A stretch of 23,427 bases of DNA, taken from the UHGV virus genome UHGV-1543744; one strand, given 5' to 3'. Shown here in pieces: positions 17,862 to 23,427 of this stretch (positions are counted from its first letter, which is position 1; each line of letters begins with the position of its first letter). Source of the stretch: a virus. The position numbers were made by a program, and so were the translations under genes. Under the pieces are notes generated by a model. It was not told the origin of the DNA and searched no databases. It saw only the letters and a list, made by a program, of their open reading frames with translations.

Positions 17862-18121
17862 GCGCTGCCCTCCGCATCAATTCTGGCTATATCGACAATC
17901 GTCAGGACTTTACTCAGCCAGCAATACGCGATGGCTGCTTGCTCAACTTCGAGGAGTGGTAATAAATCGGTCATAACGTGAGCCAGCCCATTGCGGGCGC
18001 GGGTCATGCGTTCTGCTGTTCGGTCCGCCAGCGTAAAATCATCCGGGTATGCTTCTTTACGAGATAGCATCGATTCGGCTTCCAGATCTGCCGGGTGGCG
18101 ATAGATGGTATTTATGTTCAT
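17858..18121 (-). CDS. Hypothetical protein
   Basis: 87 aa, ATG with GGGAGGG Shine-Dalgarno, ATGA overlap with the upstream gene. Confidence 0.5.
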   Translation of the reverse strand: MNINTIYRHPADLEAESMLSRKEAYPDDFTLADRTAERMTRARNGLAHVMTDLLPLLEVEQAAIAYCWLSKVLTIVDIARIDAEGSA

Positions 18122-18432
18122 TTGCCCGCCCTCCCTTTGGCTTCTTTTTCACTGATTGAGCGCAAGAATGCGGCGTTTGCAGCGCTATCGTTCAGCGCCA
18201 GCGCAACTTCTCCGATATGTCCCAGCATTGCGCCTAATCTGTACATATCAGCCTTAGCGCTTTCCTCCGGGTAGCCATCGCTACCAGCCGCCCAGAACAT
18301 GAGGCTACCAATGGCACTTACGCCCAGCATTAAATCATCCACGGCATCACTGGCGCAGCTCTCAATTCCTTTCAGATCATCAGGCGTACAACCATCAAAT
18401 TTGCAGGACACTAAATCGTTATACATGCTCAT
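18118..18432 (-). CDS. Hypothetical acidic protein
   Basis: 104 aa, ATG with GAGGTGG Shine-Dalgarno, ATGA overlap with the upstream gene. Confidence 0.5.
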   Translation of the reverse strand: MSMYNDLVSCKFDGCTPDDLKGIESCASDAVDDLMLGVSAIGSLMFWAAGSDGYPEESAKADMYRLGAMLGHIGEVALALNDSAANAAFLRSISEKEAKGRAGK

Positions 18433-18608
18433 GCCGCCACCTCACGAACGCGGGTAATCTGGATGTGGGAAAGGCGTTCATTTCTGGCCTGATTTAGCGC
18501 CTCAGCTTTGGCGCTGATCGCGCTGCGGGCGTCAACGATATAAACGAACTCGACTAATTCGCCGCTCCGGGCGGTGGCGCATCCTGCAACACGGAAGTAA
18601 TTAAGCAT
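18429..18608 (-). CDS. Hypothetical small protein
   Basis: Start moved to ATG at 18608 (MLNYFRVAG...), which has an AGGGGG Shine-Dalgarno. The ORF-track start at 18638 is a TTG. Confidence 0.45.
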   Translation of the reverse strand: MLNYFRVAGCATARSGELVEFVYIVDARSAISAKAEALNQARNERLSHIQITRVREVAA

Positions 18609-18792
18609 GTGCGCCCCCTGTGCGAATACGTCCGGCAAAAAAGCAAACGTGATCCCGCGCCAGAATGCGGCGGGCTTCCTGCTCAGTCTCTGCGGCGATA
18701 TGGTGAATTTTGACGGTAATTGTCGGCATATCGCGGCGAACTGCGGCGATAATCCAGATAAATTGCGGTTTTTGGGTAGGGGTAGTAGCCAT
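18601..18792 (-). CDS. Hypothetical small protein
   Basis: Start moved to ATG at 18792 (MATTPTQKPQFIWIIAAVRR...), which has an AGGAGG Shine-Dalgarno 8 nt upstream. The ORF-track start at 18960 has none. Confidence 0.45.
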   Translation of the reverse strand: MATTPTQKPQFIWIIAAVRRDMPTITVKIHHIAAETEQEARRILARDHVCFFAGRIRTGGAHA

Positions 18793-18950
18793 TATGGCAG
18801 CCTCCTGTAACTGGGATTTATTCCCACCACCGGAAACGCCAATTTCACTGGTGGTGAGCTGAACAGGGTTGGCGTAACCGGCGTTACAGGAAACCGGCGC
18901 GGATCGCTCCGCCCCCATCCAGCCCACCATTACTTTTTGAGCAATATGGG

Positions 18951-19550
18951 CTATAGCCATATCGCTGGGAAAGAGGTGTGCAGATGCGAGGACACAAAAA
19001 AGACGCTCGGCGCGTCATGTGTCGCCTGTAACATTATCAGGACGCCAATCCCGGCACCAGATTTTGCTGGTGCGCTATAACCATAAACCGGGTTGGCGAT
19101 AGTCGGCAAGCCCTTTTTTATGGACTCCAGAAACTCACCTTCGCGCGTGCGCGTACTGTTGCATAAATTCCCTGCATCTAGTGGTGATGTCAGAAAAATC
19201 TTCCCGCCTCGTGTAGTGATGATGGGAAAATCTTCCTCGCGTAGTGACCCCCAATAAATCTTCGTGCGCGTACTGGTCTCGAAACTCTCCTCGTCACCAC
19301 GACGAGAAAATGAGGAGCTGGCATTAGCTGGCACTGTTATGCCAGCTTCGCATTCATGCGCGTGCGTACTTGTCCCGAAAACACCAAGATTTGTAAAGAT
19401 CTGGCGGTGGCAAATGTCAGGTTTTGACAGGTTCCAAACGTCGCTATTTGTCGCAATCTGGCGGCGGGCTGCTTTGCTCCAGACGTTAACATTTGCATAC
19501 ATCAGGCCAGCCAGGGGAAAGGCTTTATTCTGGATGGCGGCATTAAGCAT
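18951..19550 (-). CDS. Questionable ORF spanning the repeat-rich region
   Basis: 199-aa ORF with an ATG at 19550 overlapping the antirepressor stop, and a G-rich weak Shine-Dalgarno. It runs through the tandem repeats, three hairpins and the box shared with the terS upstream region, and uses many rare codons (ATA, CTA, ACA, AGT). It may be a regulatory or noncoding region instead. Confidence 0.3.
   Translation of the reverse strand: MLNAAIQNKAFPLAGLMYANVNVWSKAARRQIATNSDVWNLSKPDICHRQIFTNLGVFGTSTHAHECEAGITVPANASSSFSRRGDEESFETSTRTKIYWGSLREEDFPIITTRGGKIFLTSPLDAGNLCNSTRTREGEFLESIKKGLPTIANPVYGYSAPAKSGAGIGVLIMLQATHDAPSVFFVSSHLHTSFPAIWL
19131..19310. repeat. Array of about six degenerate tandem repeats with a roughly 30-bp period
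   Basis: Units begin at about 19131, 19164, 19194, 19227, 19255 and 19281, with consensus roughly (G/T)AAAT(C/T)TTCC..CG..GTA(G/C)TG(A/G). Spacings are 33, 30, 33, 28 and 26 bp, so they are not locked to codon phase. Flanked by inverted repeats at 19054-19073, 19290-19306 and 19326-19347. Confidence 0.5.
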
Positions 19551-20376
19551 GATTAGCCCCCAGATGTTTAGCTAACCAGCGCTGAGAGAGGCGGATTAGC
19601 TCGGCTTTACGCAGGTCATATCCCATACCCATATCAATCAGCGTAATGTTGGTACTCTCCAGGTAGGCGAGGTGTTCCAGTTGCCCTGCGTTCATGCTGT
19701 CCCGTGGTTCGCCAGTAATGTCATTTGCCTGCGCCCACTGCTTCGCCGTCATGCCACCCAGCACGATACGGGCGATCATGTTGCTCTCGTTGCTGTAGTG
19801 GCGAGCCTGCGTCTGTTTACCCTGTTCTGCGCGGGCGCTTTCCAGCGCTACGCACATCGGTTTAAACAGGTTGGCGGCACTGATACGGGCTTTTAGCTGG
19901 CGACGATAGCGGGCGGCGATTTCAGGCACGCTACGCTGTAATTCTTCCTCGCACTGGATGAAATAACGGCGGATAGCGCGGCCCTGTTCAGTGCGTTCGA
20001 TCATTGCCAGTTCTTTCGCCATTCCGACACTTAACAGATAGTCTTTGCCGGGTCTGCCAGAGTGCTTAATCTTGCTGTAAGCCGCGCCATTCGGGCTTTT
20101 CCCCAGATTTGGGGAAATTGTTTTATGGACTGAGTAATCGTGCCCAATGGTGAAGTCATATTCAGAGATGCGATCAGTGATCCATGTAGAGAAGTCTTTT
20201 CCCACGCCCAACGCTTTGTGTAACGCTTTTGCGCTAACAATATTGGTTTCACGCCCACCGATATGACCAGGAATAACCGGGACAATTGTGGCAAATTCAT
20301 TACCGTTAATTGTTCCCTGATAGGCGTTCAGATGAGGGGCGGCCTCAGAAATTAATCTGCTTTTTTCGATGTTCAT
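19543..20376 (-). CDS. Phage antirepressor-like protein (Ant/Rha-type N-terminal domain with ORF6C-like domain)
   Basis: 277 aa. N-terminal segment ...IVSAKALHKALGVGKDFSTWITDRI... resembles antirepressor N-domains, and ...DYLLSVGMAKELAMIERTEQGRAIRRYFIQCEE... resembles the ORF6C/KilAC-type domain (from memory). ATG with GGAGA Shine-Dalgarno. Confidence 0.55.
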   Translation of the reverse strand: MNIEKSRLISEAAPHLNAYQGTINGNEFATIVPVIPGHIGGRETNIVSAKALHKALGVGKDFSTWITDRISEYDFTIGHDYSVHKTISPNLGKSPNGAAYSKIKHSGRPGKDYLLSVGMAKELAMIERTEQGRAIRRYFIQCEEELQRSVPEIAARYRRQLKARISAANLFKPMCVALESARAEQGKQTQARHYSNESNMIARIVLGGMTAKQWAQANDITGEPRDSMNAGQLEHLAYLESTNITLIDMGMGYDLRKAELIRLSQRWLAKHLGANHA

Positions 20377-20388
20377 TTTCAGTCTCCG

Positions 20389-20823
20389 TTAGGCGGCGGT
20401 GAGATTGTCCGGGTATAGGTTGAGAATGTCGGCAATTTCAGGCTGAGAAAGTCCCTGATAGCCGCCAGCGTCGGCGTTATGGTTCACAAGCCGAATAACT
20501 TTTAGAACGTCACCGCGCCCGGTAAAGCGATAGCGTAAATGTGACCCTATCCCGTCGGGGTTCTTTTCGTCTATACGCTCAAGCTGAATATCAAGCCTGC
20601 GCTCTAACTCGCTGGCGTAGTTCCTTCCAGATGAAAGGCGGCAATATTGCAGAATGTCATTTTCTGTCCATCCCTCTATACCAGTACGCAGCATATAGAC
20701 GCGGGCGCGGTGTTTCTTTGGGGTACGCTTAGGTACTTGTACCGGGCTGGTGGTCGGCGTAATATCAGACGTGCGAATATCTGAGTTAGCCGCCTGCTGT
20801 ACGGGGCGGTTTTTCTTTTTCAT
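20389..20823 (-). CDS. Hypothetical protein with basic, Pro/Thr-rich N-terminus
   Basis: 144 aa, ATG with AAGGTGG Shine-Dalgarno, start overlaps the AlpA stop by 1 nt. N-terminus MKKKNRPVQQ...PKRTPKKHRAR suggests nucleic-acid binding. Confidence 0.5.
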   Translation of the reverse strand: MKKKNRPVQQAANSDIRTSDITPTTSPVQVPKRTPKKHRARVYMLRTGIEGWTENDILQYCRLSSGRNYASELERRLDIQLERIDEKNPDGIGSHLRYRFTGRGDVLKVIRLVNHNADAGGYQGLSQPEIADILNLYPDNLTAA

Positions 20824-21041
20824 TACGCCACCTTTCCCCGGCGCTCCGCCAGCCAGTTGTGAATCTCAACCGCATCAAACGCAGTCACGTTATCTGTTAG
20901 CTTCACTGGGCGTGGAAGAGTGCCATTTTTAACCCATCTATCAATAGTAGGCAGTGAAACACCTAGCAATTCCGGCATGCGAAAGCGACGGATGTATCCA
21001 GTTGTTGGGATAGCTGATGATGCTGGCTTGTGTGCTGTCAT
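20823..21041 (-). CDS. alpA: AlpA-family (MerR-like helix-turn-helix) transcriptional regulator / excisionase-like protein
   Basis: 72 aa. Motif ...RMPELLGVSLPTIDRWVKNGTLPRPVKLTDNVTAFDAVEIHNWLAERR matches the AlpA/Xis helix-turn-helix family of P4-like elements and PICIs. First gene after the AT-rich leader. Confidence 0.7.
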   Translation of the reverse strand: MTAHKPASSAIPTTGYIRRFRMPELLGVSLPTIDRWVKNGTLPRPVKLTDNVTAFDAVEIHNWLAERRGKVA

Positions 21042-21121
21042 ATCTCTAGTAACCTCTCTGATAGCTCATGAAGTTACTTAAAGTTTAGTGGTTGCCCATA
21101 CAGTATTTCTATTAAGACTAG

Positions 21122-21174
21122 AATCTATTGAAAGAAATTATAAATCTATTGAAAAAATACTGATCCACTGAAAG
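21122..21174 (-). promoter_or_regulatory. Putative alpA-operon promoter with flanking operator-like direct repeats
   Basis: Minus-strand TATAAT (plus 21137-21142) lies between two perfect copies of TTTCAATAGATT (plus 21122-21133 and 21143-21154), with a third degenerate copy at 21162-21173. Repeats are spaced about 20 bp apart. No good -35 is visible. About 90 nt upstream of the alpA ATG. Confidence 0.3.
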
Positions 21175-21511
21175 ATTGCAAATGCAGGTGGGATAATTAT
21201 TTTCTTTATTTTCAATTAGTTACCAGTTTAAAAAATCATTGTTTTATCAAAGAGTTATATCTTTCATCGTCATTCATCATGTTTTTACATTTCCTTTTAT
21301 CTTTTATTATTCAATTGGTTGAGTCGGTTTATAATGGCTCATGATGGCTTAAAATGCTAATGATAGCTGGCGTATCTTTTAGAGATGGGGTGATTACAGA
21401 TGAACTAAGCCGAACAGATATAGCAATGGCTAGGCATAGAATTATCTATGCTGGTGGAGATGGGTAAACAGGTAATGCCCCGCCATTGCTTTGGAGGGGC
21501 GTGAAAAGTGA

Positions 21512-22162
21512 TTAGTCGAGATCGTGGACAGCTAATAAAGCCCGTGAGATTTTTTCTAGGAATGTGGCTTTTGCTATTCCTTTATGGGATATCCCTTCAT
21601 CCTTGATTAAGGTTTCTATGTCACGGTATATAGCTGTGCGATTAGGTTTCCCATTTTGGGTGTAGGAAGATGAGCCTGATTTTTTTATCAGCAGATGTAC
21701 TATCAACCCCATCATTTTCATTGTCCCGTTTTCCTCATCCTGCTTTCTATGCTGCCCACGTCCGCTGCGGTTGGTTTCTTTGATGTAGTTTACTAACTGG
21801 AGTCCTCCAAGGTTTCGGGCTTTTTCTTCCCAGCCCTTGGTGCCACGCAAATCATCAATCGCTTCTGATATTTTCTGAACAATTATTTCTGGTGTATTTG
21901 TGTCAATAAATGGGTAAGAAGCTAAGAAAATATCAAGGGCATGGCAAGGCTCGTCTTTACTAGTTTTTTCACCTCTGTACACCTTGATAGCTCTGGCAAG
22001 ATGAGTTCTGACAAAATCGACATATTCGAAATTTTCCTCAGGCACATCGCTAATGCGCATAGATGGGTTTAGGCCAGCCAAGGCCACAGCCATTTCATGA
22101 GGGGTAATCGATACAGATGAACAAAGCCGTTCGATTGGCGATTTTCTCAAGATGTTGTTCAC
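21512..22162 (-). CDS. Hypothetical cargo protein, translationally coupled to the integrase
   Basis: 216 aa. GTG start at 22162 with a strong GGAGG Shine-Dalgarno 5 nt upstream, overlapping the integrase stop (GTGA). Visibly lower G+C than neighbouring genes. No recognisable family or catalytic motif. Confidence 0.55.
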   Translation of the reverse strand: MNNILRKSPIERLCSSVSITPHEMAVALAGLNPSMRISDVPEENFEYVDFVRTHLARAIKVYRGEKTSKDEPCHALDIFLASYPFIDTNTPEIIVQKISEAIDDLRGTKGWEEKARNLGGLQLVNYIKETNRSGRGQHRKQDEENGTMKMMGLIVHLLIKKSGSSSYTQNGKPNRTAIYRDIETLIKDEGISHKGIAKATFLEKISRALLAVHDLD

Positions 22163-23427
22163 ATTTGCCTCCGGGCTTTATCGAATGGCGTTACGTTGTA
22201 GTCTTTTCCGCTTTCCAGTGCCACCAGCAAATCACACCACTGCGCCAGCGCCGCTTTACGCTCATCAAAATACTGGTGACGGTTATAGATACCTTCCACG
22301 CCTTTAATTTTGTGGTTGAGGCATCTTTCAGCCACTACGGGATCAACGCCCAGCGCGGCTAAATGGGTGCGGGCTGTGCGCCGGAAGTCGTGAATCGTGA
22401 AATTAGGCACATCCGGCATTTCAGCGCGAACCTTAGCCAGTGCTACGGGTAAAGTGCTTTCCTGAATATGTGGGATCATTCTGTTTTGCATCTTTCTGGC
22501 TGGCAGTACCCATGCGCTGTTGCATGAGAACGTTTTAAGCTCTCTCAGCCATTCGACGGCTGGCGGTGCTAATGGGATGTCTATAGCGTCGCCGTTTTTA
22601 CTGCGTTCTTCTGGTAAGTGCCAGATGCCTTTGTCCAGGTCGAACTCCTCCCAGCGGGCGGCGCATAACTCCATTTTGCGGACGCATAACGCTAACAGTA
22701 ATTTGAACGTGATTTCGTTCTGGCGACTGAATCCCTTAGCTGTGCGCATAGCCTGAAACAGTCGGATTAGTTCGCCACGTGTTAACCAGCGGTCGCGGGA
22801 AACTTCTTTCCCTCCGGCGTCTGCCACCTCAAAGGCTGAACACGGGTTAATCTCCAGTGCGTGCCGCTTAATGCCGTAGTCAAATATGCGGCGTGTCCAG
22901 CGCAGAACGTCCGTTGCTATGGTCGGCGCTCCACGGTCAACAATACTTTTCAGCATGTCGTCGATATGGCGCGGCTTCACGTCCTCCACCTTCATGCTGC
23001 CAATGCATGGGTTTATATCTTTGTCGATACGGCGGCGGAGTATATCGGGGTGCTTCCAGCGCGGGAGGATCTGACGCTCAAAGTATTCAGCGGCAAGCTC
23101 TGAAACGCGCATAGCGTTCTTCTCTGCTTCCATCTTCGCCAGTGCTTCGGTTTTGCGCTTCTGCTTCTCTCCTGCAACGTCATAGCCCAACGCAACGCGA
23201 GCCGATAGCTCTTTGGCTGTCTCTCTGGCCTTTGATAGTGATAGCTCGGCATATGAGCCGATAACCATTGCTCGCTGCTTACCTGCGAATTTATAGCGAA
23301 AGCGCCAGAAAGGGACTGTGTAGTTTTTGGGGTAGCAAATATAAAGGCCGTTGCCATCGGCCCTTCCTTCAAATCTATCTCCGGCCTTTATCCATGCGCG
23401 GATCTGCATGTCTGTAATCTTTGGCAT
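22159..23427 (-). CDS. int: Tyrosine integrase, P4-like family
   Basis: 422 aa. N-terminal DUF4102-like arm-binding region (MPKITDMQIRAWIKAGDRFEGRADGNGLYI...), then a catalytic domain with HxxR (FTIHDFRRTART) and the tyrosine region (GVEGIYNRHQYFDERK). The ATG sits exactly at the window edge, so the promoter and att site are outside the window. Confidence 0.85.
   Translation of the reverse strand: MPKITDMQIRAWIKAGDRFEGRADGNGLYICYPKNYTVPFWRFRYKFAGKQRAMVIGSYAELSLSKARETAKELSARVALGYDVAGEKQKRKTEALAKMEAEKNAMRVSELAAEYFERQILPRWKHPDILRRRIDKDINPCIGSMKVEDVKPRHIDDMLKSIVDRGAPTIATDVLRWTRRIFDYGIKRHALEINPCSAFEVADAGGKEVSRDRWLTRGELIRLFQAMRTAKGFSRQNEITFKLLLALCVRKMELCAARWEEFDLDKGIWHLPEERSKNGDAIDIPLAPPAVEWLRELKTFSCNSAWVLPARKMQNRMIPHIQESTLPVALAKVRAEMPDVPNFTIHDFRRTARTHLAALGVDPVVAERCLNHKIKGVEGIYNRHQYFDERKAALAQWCDLLVALESGKDYNVTPFDKARRQM

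Noticed and set aside
18793-18960. 5' extension of ORF 18601-18960 (MAIAHIAQKVMVGWMGAERS...)
   Set aside because: No Shine-Dalgarno precedes the ATG at 18960, whereas the ATG at 18792 has AGGAGG. The extension is low-complexity and lies in the repeat-rich region.
19131-19310. Possible CRISPR-like or minisatellite array
   Set aside because: Units are degenerate with irregular 26-33 bp spacing and no unique spacers. Better explained as a binding-site array.
20031-20300. 89-aa minus-strand ORF inside the antirepressor gene in another frame
   Set aside because: Nested in an alternative frame of the better-supported Ant-like CDS.
21361-21471. 36-codon plus-strand ORF in the AT-rich leader
   Set aside because: No Shine-Dalgarno, and it lies in what looks like the 3' UTR and promoter region of minus-strand genes. 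Not supported as coding.

Overview
Almost the whole window is one mobile element transcribed on the minus strand, best read as a prophage or a phage-satellite-like island. Reading right to left: a P4-family tyrosine integrase (22159-23427, start codon at the window edge), a visibly AT-rich cargo gene translationally coupled to it (21512-22162), an AlpA-type regulator, an Ant-like antirepressor, a run of small overlapping genes of unknown function, a primase-helicase (14450-16891) followed by an iteron cluster that looks like an origin (14184-14433), an SSB-like gene and a small PerC-like gene, then a complete head module (TerS, TerL, portal, prohead protease, major capsid, connectors) and a partial contractile-tail module (sheath, tube, frameshifted chaperone, tape measure). 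A lipoprotein gene with its own terminator sits at the left end (298-975). No baseplate, tail-fibre, lysis or repressor genes are visible. The most unusual sequence-level signals are a repeat-rich, hairpin-rich segment at 19054-19380 that shares a 14-24 nt box with the terS upstream region, and the iteron cluster. All family assignments come from reading the translations by eye; no database search was run. Several starts in the ORF track are 5'-extended or are GTG codons shown as M, and I corrected them where a Shine-Dalgarno sequence supports it.
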